The position numbers were made by a program, and so were the translations under genes. The notes under the pieces are model-generated. The model was not told the origin of the DNA. It searched no databases and saw nothing but the letters and a program-made list of their open reading frames with translations. From the NCBI GenBank assembly GCA_963816145.1, contig CAWFJP010000004.1:384001-448000 (forward strand): a stretch of DNA of 64,000 nt, in the 5' to 3' direction. Origin of the DNA: an uncultured delta proteobacterium. GTDB lineage: Bacteria > Desulfobacterota > Binatia > UBA9968. Below are positions 18,730-29,024 of this stretch, piece after piece. How positions within the stretch are numbered: position 1 is the first letter of the stretch; every line of letters starts with the position of its first letter.

Positions 18730-19445
18730 GGGTCGTAAGGAAGTGCAATTCGACTGGGCGAAGTTCAATTGGATCGGCAGCCCCGACTGGTCGGATCATG
18801 TTATGTATATCCGCTCCGATACGCCCTACAAGACGATTCATGACGTGCGCGGCGCTTCCACGCCGCCCAAATGCACGGCTACGGCGACCGGCACGACCGG
18901 CCACTATCTCCCGAAGCTCCTCGAAGAAACCATCGGCACGAAATTTCAAATCATCTTGGGATATCCGGGCGGGCCGGAAATGGATCTGGCGGTGGAGCGC
19001 AACGAAGCGCAATGCCGGGCGTTCACGATCACCGCCTGGTACAGCGGCGAGCCCGATCAGAGCTGGCGCAAGAATGGCTTCGCGCACTTGCTGCTCCAAA
19101 CCGGACGTAAGCGTGACGAGCGCTTGCCCCAGCTGCCGGCACTTTATGAACTCATGGACCCATACAAGACCGCGGAGACTGAACGACGCCTGGCCGAAGT
19201 TGTCCTAGCTTCCAATATTTTCGGCCGCCCGTACGTGGTCCCGCCGGGAATTCTTCAGAGCGGCTTAGAATGATCCGCGACGCGTTCGGCAGAACCACCG
19301 CCGACCGGGGATTTTTGGCGGAGGCAAAAAATGCAATCTGGAAATAAAACCGACCACTGGCGAGGAGCTGGAGAAACTAGCGAAACATATCGTCGTCCAG
19401 CCGCTGGAGGTTGTTGAACGGATGAAGAAGCTATTGGGCAAATAG
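18730..19445 (+). pseudogene. Tripartite tricarboxylate transporter substrate-binding protein (TctC/Bug-like) remnant
   Basis: ILGYPGGPEMDLAVERNE, FGRPYVVPPG. The N-terminus is missing; the C-terminus LEIKPTTGEELEKL...KKLLGK* continues in other frames. Confidence 0.7.
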
Positions 19446-19461
19446 ACTTGGTTAGGAGATC

Positions 19462-20289
19462 ATGATCATGCAAATTATCACGATCTATCAGGGCGCATCC
19501 GGCAGTGGTGAAGAGATCGGCGGCGCGGTGGCGGAGGCCTTGGGCTACGCAACGGTCGACCGCGAAGTAGTGGTCGAGGCAAGTCGGCAGTATGGCATTC
19601 CCGAGGCGAAACTTGCCGAAATCGTCGACAGAGAACCGACCTGGTGGGCTAGCTTTACGCGCAATCTGGAGCCCTATCGGATCGCCTTGCAGGCAGCGTT
19701 TTGCCAACTCGCCGGTGATCGCGGCATTGTTTATCACGGCCATATCGGCCACGAGCTGATACCCAAGTTTCAGCATGTTCTGAAGGCCCTGCTCACCGCG
19801 CCTATAGAAATGCGCATCGCGCAGGTGCGCGCGCACCAACAGCTCACTGAGATCGCGGCGCGTCGTTATGTCGAGGAAGTCGATCGGGCGCGTACACGCC
19901 GACTCAAAGTCATGTTCGGCGCCGATTGGTGCGATCCGAGCCGATACGACTTGGTCGTCAATCTTGGTCACATGAGTCTAGAAACCGCGAAACAACTGAT
20001 CGTTGGGACGGCGCGTGCAACCGATTACCAGATGACCCCCGCCTCCAAGCAGACCTTTGAAGACTTCGCTCTGGTGTCGCGGGTTCATGCGACGCTGGCT
20101 TTGGCTAACGATTTGTCGCATGCGAAGGTCGACATCAAAGCCCAACAAGGCGAGATTTCCGTATCAGGAACGATCCCCCATTGGGGTTCAGAAAATCACA
20201 TCGTTAGCCAGATCAGAAATATTCCCGGAGTAAGAAATGTCCGCACAGATCTAACCAAGCTCCCGCCCGACCTCGGATTCGACATGTAG
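19462..20289 (+). CDS. Cytidylate kinase-like family protein with a C-terminal BON domain
   Basis: IITIYQGASGSGEEIG, DPSRYDLVVN, C-terminal ISVSG...IPGVRNV. Confidence 0.8.
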   Translation: MIMQIITIYQGASGSGEEIGGAVAEALGYATVDREVVVEASRQYGIPEAKLAEIVDREPTWWASFTRNLEPYRIALQAAFCQLAGDRGIVYHGHIGHELIPKFQHVLKALLTAPIEMRIAQVRAHQQLTEIAARRYVEEVDRARTRRLKVMFGADWCDPSRYDLVVNLGHMSLETAKQLIVGTARATDYQMTPASKQTFEDFALVSRVHATLALANDLSHAKVDIKAQQGEISVSGTIPHWGSENHIVSQIRNIPGVRNVRTDLTKLPPDLGFDM

Positions 20290-20342
20290 GTCGCGGTTGG
20301 AACAAGAGCCGTTGGGCGCCCGAGGCGCCTCGGAGGTGATGC

Positions 20343-21203
20343 ATGTTAACTAACAAAGTCAGTGAGATTATGACGACCGAGCTCATATCGGCTCCGGCGT
20401 CAAGCACCGTTCATGATGTCATCCAGCAGATGGTTGCACGCGACGTAGGACGGGTCATCATCTGCCGCGACGATCTCCCTGTGGGAATTTTTACCGAACG
20501 ACATGTGCTCAAACATGTTGCAAACAACAAATTGGATCCGCAACAAACCCTGGTGGAAACGGTCATGACCTCACCGTTTCGCGCGGTCGATAAAGATAGC
20601 CATATCGTCGACGCATTGGGCGATATGATCCAAGGGAAGTTTCGCCATCTGCAAGTTCTTGGGACGAGGAATGACATCGTCGGTATCGTTTCCATGCGCC
20701 GCATATTGGAAATCGCAGTGGAGCTCGGCCATGGTCTGAGTGAAAACAAGACGATCGGCAGCATTATTTCCCAAGCGCCATTGTCGATGGACGAGTGCGA
20801 AACAGTCTGGAATGCCGTGGAGCTAATGAATGAAATACAGGCGGGTGCCGTTGTCGTCATCTCGGCGCACAAGCCGGTCGGGATCTTTACTGAACGCGAC
20901 GTTTTGAATCGGATTGTCGCAAAGCAACTTGACGGCAGAAAGATATCGCTTAAGGATGTCATGACCTCGCCCGTGATTACCATGCCAATCACGGCTCTGA
21001 TCGGACAAGTCCTCGAGCAAATGTCACGTCGAGATATCCGCAACATGCCGATCGTCGGCGACTGGGGTCAACTCGCTGGATTAGTCTCGATGCCAGACGT
21101 CCTACAGTACGCCCGGGCCTTCGATTTCGACGAAGAAGTCCGGCGCACATGGAAGGGAATTCAAAACTTCTACGATTCGCAGTATGACTACACGCCAGGA
21201 TAG
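20343..21203 (+). CDS. CBS-domain protein (two CBS pairs)
   Basis: Duplicated PVGIFTER motif; VMTSP twice; RHLQV/RNMPIV. Confidence 0.88.
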   Translation: MLTNKVSEIMTTELISAPASSTVHDVIQQMVARDVGRVIICRDDLPVGIFTERHVLKHVANNKLDPQQTLVETVMTSPFRAVDKDSHIVDALGDMIQGKFRHLQVLGTRNDIVGIVSMRRILEIAVELGHGLSENKTIGSIISQAPLSMDECETVWNAVELMNEIQAGAVVVISAHKPVGIFTERDVLNRIVAKQLDGRKISLKDVMTSPVITMPITALIGQVLEQMSRRDIRNMPIVGDWGQLAGLVSMPDVLQYARAFDFDEEVRRTWKGIQNFYDSQYDYTPG

Positions 21204-21334
21204 GAGGGCCAAGTAAGCGCTATACCCGTGCACCCGTCGTGAGCGGGACTGCTATTTCGTTTGCGCATCAGAGCTGAGAGCCCTTGGGTCTGATCCCGGC
21301 GCGGTTGAGAATCTATTCATGTCGTTAGAATTAC

Positions 21335-21370
21335 AAAAGGGCATCTCTCGCGTGCGGGAGATGCCCTTTT
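21335..21370. terminator. Bidirectional intrinsic terminator
   Basis: AAAAGGGCATCTC-tcgcgtgcgg-GAGATGCCCTTTT. Confidence 0.8.
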
Positions 21371-21763
21371 GTTGCGCGTTCTGCGCCTGATTCTTTTCTT
21401 GATTGTAAAACTTGTTAGTCCCGCGTGTCAGCCCTTTGCGTCACGTCGTTTCAACCGCATACCCGCGACACCTTCCCGGCGTCTCATGCCATCTACGACC
21501 TTCCTTTTATCGTCGCCGCAGCGACTGTTTGCCTACAGGCAATTCAAGTTGAGGTCTAGAGGGAGCAACCCCTGGATGTGTCGTGGGACATCGATCGTGC
21601 TACGTGCCAGCCCACTGACTGCGGGCGCTGCTGGTCCGGTGGAGCACCGTTCATCATACAACCCTCCTCATATAACGAACCTCCTTTCGAACCGTTGGGG
21701 CCCTCTCTATACTGCCCGATCCATCCGGCCCCGCGCCTGGCGGCGTTCAATGGATCTGTCAAA

Positions 21764-21792
21764 ACGCTAGAGCGCGATGGGTATTTTGTCAA
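21764..21792 (-). promoter_or_regulatory. Sigma70 promoter pointing toward the 21335 terminator
   Basis: Minus strand TTGACA-17 bp-TAGCGT; the -35 is overlapped by the palindrome TTTTGTC-AATA-GACAAAA (21784-21801). Confidence 0.6.
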
Positions 21793-22038
21793 TAGACAAA
21801 ATTTCTTGGCGAAAAAACTATCTTCGAAGACGAAACTTCGATCAAGCTCGTCGCAATCCTGGTTGACAGATTGCTTTCGCCAGCGATATTGCTTGCAAAG
21901 TCTGTGGTGCGCAGAACTGCTGATCGGTTCGGATCTTATAAAGTTTGAGCACGGTCAACTGTCATCGACTTCCAGCCGTTAAACGAGCGTTCCGTGACAA
22001 GTTCGGTTGGTCGGCAATCCGATTAACGAGGTGGGCAA

Positions 22039-22956
22039 ATGGAAACAGTAGGCTTTGTCGGTTTGGGAACTATTGGCGGAGTGGTGGCCGGGAATATTCA
22101 GAAGGCCGGCTATTCGATGGTGGTGTACGACATCGTGCCAGCGGCGACGCGACCGTTGGTCGAATCTGGCGCGCGGGTCGCGCGATCGGCCGCGGAAGTT
22201 GCGCAGGATTGCCGTATCGTATTTACGTCGCTGCCGGGGCCGCGGCAGGTTGAAGCAGTCGCGCTCGGCGCCGACGGCCTTGTCCATGGCATTCGCGACG
22301 GCAGTATCTATGTCGATCTCTCAAGCAGCAGTGCTGATCTCATTCGCCACATTGCTGCTGAATTTACTCCGCGCGGCGGCCGGGTGATGGATGCGCCGTT
22401 GATCGTTGGTAGACGGGGCATCGCCCAGCGCAGCGTTCAGGTGCTGGCGTCGGGGGGTGCCGAAACCTACAGCGAAGTGAAGCCCTTATTCGATGCCTTC
22501 AGCGATACGGTGGTCTATACCGGCGAGTTGGGAACCGGCACCGTGATCAAGCTGGCGCACAACTTGGTGCGCCGCGGCATCGGCCTGGCGATCGGCGAGG
22601 GACTGGTGCTGGGCGCGAAGGCGGGTGTCGACCCCGAGCTTCTCTGGGACTGCATGCATTGGGGCTTGGATGTCCAGCTCAACCAATTGAAAAAGCATTT
22701 TGCCGATACCGTCTTTACAGGAAACTACGACGTGCCGGCGAGCTTCGGTATTGGACTATCGAGAAAGGATGTCGGCCTGGCCACCGATTTGGGCCGTCAA
22801 CTCGATGTGCCGATGCCGATTGCCGCGTTAGTCGAACAGATAATGATTCACGCCGTCAGCCGCGGCTGGTCGGCGCAAAGCACGGCGTCTTTGTTTCGCT
22901 TGCAAGAGGAGGCGGCGGGTGTCGAAGTGCGGAAAGCGAGCGCGCCTGAGTGTTGA
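22039..22956 (+). CDS. NAD(P)-dependent oxidoreductase, 3-hydroxyisobutyrate dehydrogenase family
   Basis: VGFVGLGTIG, FTSLPGP, DAP, IKLAHN, KDVGLA. Confidence 0.88.
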   Translation: METVGFVGLGTIGGVVAGNIQKAGYSMVVYDIVPAATRPLVESGARVARSAAEVAQDCRIVFTSLPGPRQVEAVALGADGLVHGIRDGSIYVDLSSSSADLIRHIAAEFTPRGGRVMDAPLIVGRRGIAQRSVQVLASGGAETYSEVKPLFDAFSDTVVYTGELGTGTVIKLAHNLVRRGIGLAIGEGLVLGAKAGVDPELLWDCMHWGLDVQLNQLKKHFADTVFTGNYDVPASFGIGLSRKDVGLATDLGRQLDVPMPIAALVEQIMIHAVSRGWSAQSTASLFRLQEEAAGVEVRKASAPEC

Positions 22957-22970
22957 AGCCCCAGTGTGGC

Positions 22971-23579
22971 TTAGACGAAGAAAAATCGGGTAACTAACTC
23001 AAACCCGGGTAACACCTGAGATCGCAGCGTTTGGTTCGATTGGTAGCGGCGGCCGCTATCGTATTTCCCTGCGGCGAGATGGAATATTGTTATTTCTCTC
23101 CGGAGTGTATCGACGAGCCAATATTCGTTGACCCCATTGGTTTCGTAGATCTTTTTCTTTTCGATGCGATCCCGCTGGGCTGTGGCGGGGGATAAAATCT
23201 CCACCGTCAAACTCGGCACCAGCCTAAGAAACTGGCCTCGTCGCGGTTGCGGCCCCTTGGTCCAGCGCTCGCGCGATACAAAGGACGCATCGGGTTCTAA
23301 GGTATCTCCCGACGGGAGCTGGTATCCTGCGCTGGAGCCAAAGAACTTTCCCAGGCGATGAGTCAATACGAATTCTCCTAGGATTCGAATTATTCTGGCT
23401 TCGATCTCCGCGTGCTCCCAACTTGCTGGAGGGGTCATGACGATTCTCCCGCTCGCAAGCTCATACCGATTGATGTCTCCGACCGGGCGGCTTTCAACCC
23501 AGCGTTTGAATTCTATTGGTGTAAAGGTCTTGAGCGAGATAAATGCCGTCTCCGCAGACCTGATTGCCCCTGATTTCAT
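22971..23579 (-). CDS. Uma2 family putative restriction endonuclease
   Basis: RYELASG, LEPDASF, VEILSP, KKKIYETNGVNEYWLVD. Confidence 0.88.
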   Translation of the reverse strand: MKSGAIRSAETAFISLKTFTPIEFKRWVESRPVGDINRYELASGRIVMTPPASWEHAEIEARIIRILGEFVLTHRLGKFFGSSAGYQLPSGDTLEPDASFVSRERWTKGPQPRRGQFLRLVPSLTVEILSPATAQRDRIEKKKIYETNGVNEYWLVDTLRREITIFHLAAGKYDSGRRYQSNQTLRSQVLPGFELVTRFFFV

Positions 23580-23709
23580 CGCCTAAACCCCAAGTGTCCT
23601 GCCACGCCTCGAACTTTAATCTTTGGCATATTTACCATTTTGCTAGGTTGTCTGGCAAATCCACTCGGAAAAGTCGCTGACTCGAAGTTTGGCAGGTCCC
23701 CACTTAAGT

Positions 23710-25821
23710 TCACACCAGTTCAAAATCGATCTCGCTTCTAAACGCGTTGATCTTCGCCACTCTTACCCGGACGTTGTCGCCCAGGCGAAAGCGCTTGCCG
23801 TGGCGGCGGCCTTTGATCAGGTATTCTTTTTCATAATAGTCGTAGTCGTCGTCGGTGAGCGACGACAACTTCACCAAGCCTTCGATGAAATAATCGTCGA
23901 GTTCGACGAAGAAGCCGAAGTTGGCCAGGCTGTTAACGAAGCCGGAGAACTCTTCGCCCATTTTGGTCATCATGAACTGGGCCTTCTTCAAGTCGACCAT
24001 CTCGCGTTCGGCGTCCATGGCGTGGCGCTCGCGTTCGGAGGTGTGCTTGCCCCACTCTTGCAAGGTGCGCAGGAGATCGGCGCGTTCGTTGGGTTTGAGC
24101 TTGTCGCCGCCCATGACGCGGTCGAGCATGCGATGAACGATCAAATCGGGATAGCGGCGGATCGGCGAGGTGAAGTGGGTGTAGCAGGTCGATGCCAGAC
24201 CGAAGTGGCCAATGTTTTCCGGTTGATAGACCGCTTGTTTCATCGAGCGCAGCAGCACGCGGTTGATCACCCGCTCTTCCGGCTTGCCGCGGGCCGATTC
24301 CAACAACCGCTGGATCTCCAGCGGCGGGAGATTTTCTTTTTTCTGCGGCAGGCGGTAGCCCAGACTCAAAAGAAATGACTCCAACGCTTGCAGGGCGTCT
24401 TCGTCCGGGCCGGCATGGACGCGGTAGAGTGTCGGGACGTCTTTCGCGGTGAGTTCGCGCGCCACCGCTTCGTTGGCGGCGATCATATACTCTTCGATGA
24501 TGCGATGGGCGATATTACGCTCGGCGCGGATGATGTTTTCCGGCAGCCCTTGCAGGTCGAGGACGATTTCCGCTTCGGGCAGATCGAAGTCGAGATTGCC
24601 GCGGGCTTTGCGGTTGGCGTAGATTAAGAGCGCCAGCTCTTCCATGAGCTTGAAACCATCGACTAAGTTTTTATAGTGCTCCAAACATTCCGGATCACTA
24701 TCGACCAGAATTTTCCGCACGTTGGTGTAGGTCATGCGCGCGTGGCTGCGGATCACCGAGTCGAAGAAGCGGCTATGGATCGCTTCGCCTTTACTGTTGA
24801 ACTCGATCCAAGCGGTTTTGGTCAAGCGCTCTTCGTTTGGATTCAAGCTACAGATGCCGTTGGACAGCGCTTCGGGCAGCATCGGGATCGCCCGGTCGGG
24901 AAAGTAGACGCTGGTGGCGCGGGCGTAGGCCTCTTGGTCCAGTGCCGTGTCCGGGCGAACGTAATGGGCGACGTCGGCGATGGAGACGAATAGCTCGTAG
25001 CCGCGAGCCTTGCGCCGTACGTAGACCGCGTCGTCGAAATCGCGGGCGTTCTCGCCGTCGATGGTAACGATGGGCAGATCGCGCAGGTCTTCGCGCCGGG
25101 CGATTTCTCCTGCACTGATTTCGAAGGCGGCGCTCGTCACTTCGCGGTGCACTTCCGGTGGAAAGCTCGGCGACAGATCGAAACGGAAGATGATCGATTG
25201 CGCCTGGACCTCGGGATCGTTAGGGTCGCCCATCACTTGCACCAGGGTGGCTTCGGGCGGCGACATGGCGGTGCCGAAGCGGCTGATCTCGGCGGCGATG
25301 ACTTTGCCTTGGGTTAGTTTCGCGCCGCTGTTCTGGAGCGGCATGGCGCCAATGCGCGCGTCCATCGGGATCAAGAAAGCTCTGCCGTCGATTTCCTCGT
25401 AGGTGCCTAGCAGCCGCTTTTGGCCGCGTTCGATGATCTGGACGATATGAGCTTCGCTGCCGCCGCGCTGTTTGCGATCGATGCGCACCATCACTTGATC
25501 GCCATGCATGACCCGGCGCATCTCGCGACGGTTCAAATAAACGTCTTCGGCGTCTTTGTCTTCGAGAATGAGAAAGCCGTAGCCGTCGGGGTGGGCGTGG
25601 ACGCGGCCGCGCAGGAGATTCTGCCGGTCGGGCAGGGCGTAGTGATTTTTCTTGAGCCGCACGAGGCGGCCGTCGCGGCAGAGCTGGCGCAAGCCGTCGA
25701 TGACCGATTGTAAATCGCTGCGCTCGAAGCCGGCGCGGCGCTGCAGCTCCGCCGGGGTGAAGCGGGCGCGCGGCTGTTTGTTGAACAGCGCGAGGATCTT
25801 CTCCTGTGCGTTGCCGGCCAT
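23710..25821 (-). CDS. rnr: Ribonuclease R
   Basis: HPDGYGF cold-shock domain, TIDGENARDFDDA, IADVAHYV, HFTSPIRRYPDLIVHR, C-terminal S1 domain. Confidence 0.95.
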   Translation of the reverse strand: MAGNAQEKILALFNKQPRARFTPAELQRRAGFERSDLQSVIDGLRQLCRDGRLVRLKKNHYALPDRQNLLRGRVHAHPDGYGFLILEDKDAEDVYLNRREMRRVMHGDQVMVRIDRKQRGGSEAHIVQIIERGQKRLLGTYEEIDGRAFLIPMDARIGAMPLQNSGAKLTQGKVIAAEISRFGTAMSPPEATLVQVMGDPNDPEVQAQSIIFRFDLSPSFPPEVHREVTSAAFEISAGEIARREDLRDLPIVTIDGENARDFDDAVYVRRKARGYELFVSIADVAHYVRPDTALDQEAYARATSVYFPDRAIPMLPEALSNGICSLNPNEERLTKTAWIEFNSKGEAIHSRFFDSVIRSHARMTYTNVRKILVDSDPECLEHYKNLVDGFKLMEELALLIYANRKARGNLDFDLPEAEIVLDLQGLPENIIRAERNIAHRIIEEYMIAANEAVARELTAKDVPTLYRVHAGPDEDALQALESFLLSLGYRLPQKKENLPPLEIQRLLESARGKPEERVINRVLLRSMKQAVYQPENIGHFGLASTCYTHFTSPIRRYPDLIVHRMLDRVMGGDKLKPNERADLLRTLQEWGKHTSERERHAMDAEREMVDLKKAQFMMTKMGEEFSGFVNSLANFGFFVELDDYFIEGLVKLSSLTDDDYDYYEKEYLIKGRRHGKRFRLGDNVRVRVAKINAFRSEIDFELV

Positions 25822-25916
25822 GGATGTTGGGTGAGCTTCTACTGGAATCGGCGCGAATTCAATCGATGGCAAGTAAACTTTTCTCAGCGGCGCCTCGAAA
25901 CGTTAGCCGGCGGAAG

Positions 25917-26210
25917 CTACTTTTGCCCTGACGACATTGACTCAGCCAACTCCAGCATGAACCAATCGTCGGTCATGTCGGCGGGCCTGGCGATTTCCGC
26001 AAGCGGAATATCTTGTTTGAGCGAGTCGATGATTTTATGCGCGGTGTCGACAAAGTCGGTCATCGCCAATAAGACGATGATCGCCTTCTTGCGATCGACC
26101 GTGCGGATGATGCCGATTTCCTCGTAGGACTCGAAGATGAATTTAACATAGGCGATATGCTCAGGAGCGATCTCTAAATAGATTTCTTGAAGGTCCATGG
26201 CCATTTCCAC
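25917..26210 (-). CDS. DUF4911-like small protein
   Basis: IAYVKFIFESYEEIGIIRTVD. Confidence 0.7.
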   Translation of the reverse strand: MEMAMDLQEIYLEIAPEHIAYVKFIFESYEEIGIIRTVDRKKAIIVLLAMTDFVDTAHKIIDSLKQDIPLAEIARPADMTDDWFMLELAESMSSGQK

Positions 26211-28879
26211 TAGCGGTTGAGGAAGCGATCGAGGGTGTCGGGAAGCCAGCCCTTTTCTTCCTGGGGTGGGCGGTCGTCGTTACTATCGCGATCTCGATCG
26301 CGCGGCTCCGAGCCGCGAAACGCCTGGCTCAAATTGCGGTTATCGATGCGGATCTTTACGTCGGGGATATTGCCCTCGATGCGAAAGGGTATCGCCAGTC
26401 GGCCGCGCCGGTCCAGGAGATGGCGAATCCAGCGGAAGTCACGCTGGATTTCCTGGGTCAAACGCGGTGACAGCACCAACAGGCCATTCCATCGAGTGCT
26501 CCGGTCCAAGGCGAACCAGCCGGCACCGGTCACGGTGTAATCCGGTGTCGAAACGATCAAGTTGTCGGTGCTGAAGCGACCTTTGTCGGCGGTGAAATTA
26601 GCCTTGAGCGTATCGAAGTGGGTGTCGTTGGCTTTGGCGAGTTCGATCAGGGCGGTGGGCAGGCGCGCCTTGGCGGCCGCGGAAACGTTGGAGCCGCTGC
26701 CGCGCAGCAGCAGTTGCGACAGCATATTGAAGTCCTTGATGACGCCGCGCTGGATCGTGGTTTCGCCGTTTGCCTTGAGTGTTTGCGCAACGGTTTCGCC
26801 TTCGGTGAGCGTCACATCGTAGCGCACTTGTCCGCTGAGGCTGCCGTCGAGACGGTCTTTGAGCAGCGGCAAGAAATTGGTGAGCAACGGCTCCAAGTCG
26901 GCGCTCTTGATCTCCGATACACCTTTCAAGTGGCCGATGTTTTTCGGCGCGGCCGGGGCATGGAAGCCATCCGAGCGAAACCAGCCTTGGGCGGCGCGAA
27001 AGGTCAGATCCTTAAAGCTCAGGCCGGCGGCCGACCATGAGAAAGCCGAGCGCATATCGCTCACGGCAAAGTCGTTGAAGTTTCCTTGCGGCGCCGCCAC
27101 ATCGCCGGAAACGCCCAGCGTATCGTTTTGCATTTGCACTAGGCCCTTAACGCTTAACTGCTTCAACCGCGCCGGCTGGGAGATCGCCAAAGCTGACATG
27201 TCGGCCAAGTCGATCTCCGAGGCGATGAGTTGGAAGTTGAGCTTCGGTTCGGCGAGGTTCGGCACGATACCGGTGAGCGCAAGTTGCGCGGCGCCGAGGC
27301 GGAAATCGGCGCGCTCGATGCGCGCTTGCTGGCCTAAGAACGTGATCTGGGCATTGAGTTGTTCCAGTTTGCCGTGGTTGTCTCTGCCGTAGATTTCGCC
27401 GTCGGTGATGGCCAGCTGGCCTTCGATGTTCCAGTCGGTCGGCGCGGCCGCGGGCATGCGTTCGATGGCGAGATGCCAACTGACGTTGCCGGATTTCGCC
27501 GTGACGGCGCCGTTACTGAGCGGCGTCCAGACCGCCAGAGGGGCGTCGTCGGCTTGCAATTTGACATAAAGCCGGGGCGCGTCGATGTCCTGAACCGCGC
27601 CGGAAAATACCGTTTTGGCCGCCCCCAGAGTCAGTTCCGATTCGTGAATCGTCAGGCGCTGATTACGCCGTGACAGGCGCGCTTTGATCTCTGCTGGACT
27701 TTTCGCCGGTTTGCGCAGCCAGTCGCCATAGCGGATTTCGCTATTTTCGGCGCGCACGAGGGCGCCGATCCGCAAATGATTCCAGGTCCCCTCGAAGCGG
27801 CTGTAAAGGCTAACATTGCCTTCGGTGACTAGCTCTTCGGGTAAGTGGTTGCGAAATACTGGCAGTAGGCGCGCCCGGCTGAGCGCCAACGGATCGATTT
27901 TCAATCGGCCGGTGAGATTGGCTTCGCTCCAGCTGCGCTGTTCGGTGAACTCTACTTTGCCGCTGACGACTGCGTTATAGTCGGAGGAGCCGAACAGCGG
28001 GATTTTTAATGTAAAGTCGTCTAGTTGAGGCTTCAGCAGGCTGCCGCTCGCATGGGCTTGGAATGACATCGGGCCGGTGACATCGAGCTCCCGCGGCATT
28101 CCTTCGCGCAACCCGTCGAAGGCGCTCAGAACCGTCGGCGCATACAACGAATCGAATTGAATCTTTAGATCCAAACCGCGCTGGTACCAGCTCTGATCGG
28201 ATTTGGCGCTCTGCAGCAGTCCCTCGATGTGCATGTCTTGACCTAAGCCCTCGGTGAGCGAGGCCGCGGCGCGAACCCGTGTGGGCCTCACCAGATCGAG
28301 ACTGTTTAACGTTAAATCGACATCGCGCAATTGCAACTCCGCCGGCTCCTTGACCGTGCGATCGAGGTAAATGACGCGTCCGTCCTCGACGCTAATCTTA
28401 TCGATGGCAAAGCGGACGGAGCTTTGACGCCGCTCGCCCGAAGCGTCGGACCCGGGCCGGGGCATCGTGCCGAGTTCTTTTCTGCGGCTGGCGAGCGCAC
28501 TGAGATTGAGCAGACCGGTTTCGTCGTTGATAATTTGAATTTCTGGTTCGATGAATCCGAGCGAATCGATAACGATGCGGCCGGTGAAGAGCGGGAGCAG
28601 GCTGATGCCGAGAACGAGTTCGCGCGCTTTGACAATCGGTGTGGCGGCAAAGCGACTGTCGTCGGCAACGCGAAACTCGTGCAAGACGAATCCTGGTAGC
28701 CAAAATAGCCGGAACTCGAGGTCGTCGAACCGGGCGCTATCGCCAAGCATGCGGCGCAGTTCCTGCTGCACCTGTTCGCGGTGCTTATCGGCGAGGGTTT
28801 TGAAATGGTTGCCGAGGCCGACTGCTGTGGCAGTCAAGACGATAGCGACGGCGAGAGTGATTTTACGCAATTTGGTCAT
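26210..28879 (-). CDS. AsmA family (lipid-transfer-like, repeating beta-groove) protein
   Basis: N-terminal TM helix, long beta-rich body, AsmA-like C-terminus (FDTLKANF...IPFRIEG). Confidence 0.75.
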   Translation of the reverse strand: MTKLRKITLAVAIVLTATAVGLGNHFKTLADKHREQVQQELRRMLGDSARFDDLEFRLFWLPGFVLHEFRVADDSRFAATPIVKARELVLGISLLPLFTGRIVIDSLGFIEPEIQIINDETGLLNLSALASRRKELGTMPRPGSDASGERRQSSVRFAIDKISVEDGRVIYLDRTVKEPAELQLRDVDLTLNSLDLVRPTRVRAAASLTEGLGQDMHIEGLLQSAKSDQSWYQRGLDLKIQFDSLYAPTVLSAFDGLREGMPRELDVTGPMSFQAHASGSLLKPQLDDFTLKIPLFGSSDYNAVVSGKVEFTEQRSWSEANLTGRLKIDPLALSRARLLPVFRNHLPEELVTEGNVSLYSRFEGTWNHLRIGALVRAENSEIRYGDWLRKPAKSPAEIKARLSRRNQRLTIHESELTLGAAKTVFSGAVQDIDAPRLYVKLQADDAPLAVWTPLSNGAVTAKSGNVSWHLAIERMPAAAPTDWNIEGQLAITDGEIYGRDNHGKLEQLNAQITFLGQQARIERADFRLGAAQLALTGIVPNLAEPKLNFQLIASEIDLADMSALAISQPARLKQLSVKGLVQMQNDTLGVSGDVAAPQGNFNDFAVSDMRSAFSWSAAGLSFKDLTFRAAQGWFRSDGFHAPAAPKNIGHLKGVSEIKSADLEPLLTNFLPLLKDRLDGSLSGQVRYDVTLTEGETVAQTLKANGETTIQRGVIKDFNMLSQLLLRGSGSNVSAAAKARLPTALIELAKANDTHFDTLKANFTADKGRFSTDNLIVSTPDYTVTGAGWFALDRSTRWNGLLVLSPRLTQEIQRDFRWIRHLLDRRGRLAIPFRIEGNIPDVKIRIDNRNLSQAFRGSEPRDRDRDSNDDRPPQEEKGWLPDTLDRFLNR

Positions 28880-29024
28880 GGCGCCGGAGTGAGCGGGCCA
28901 CAGGCGGGCGGTCGATCGGTTAGAAAAGCTGTCTGCAAAAAATGCCGGCCTACCGATGTCACACCGGCCAATGACGGCCGAAGGCCATTTATGCCGGCGA
29001 TATCTGCGGAGCGCGTGGGTCGGT

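Noticed and set aside
21335-21760. CsrB/RsmZ-type sRNA call for the orphan transcript
   Set aside because: About 8 GGA motifs in 420 nt is near chance for this composition, and they are not clearly in repeated hairpin loops.
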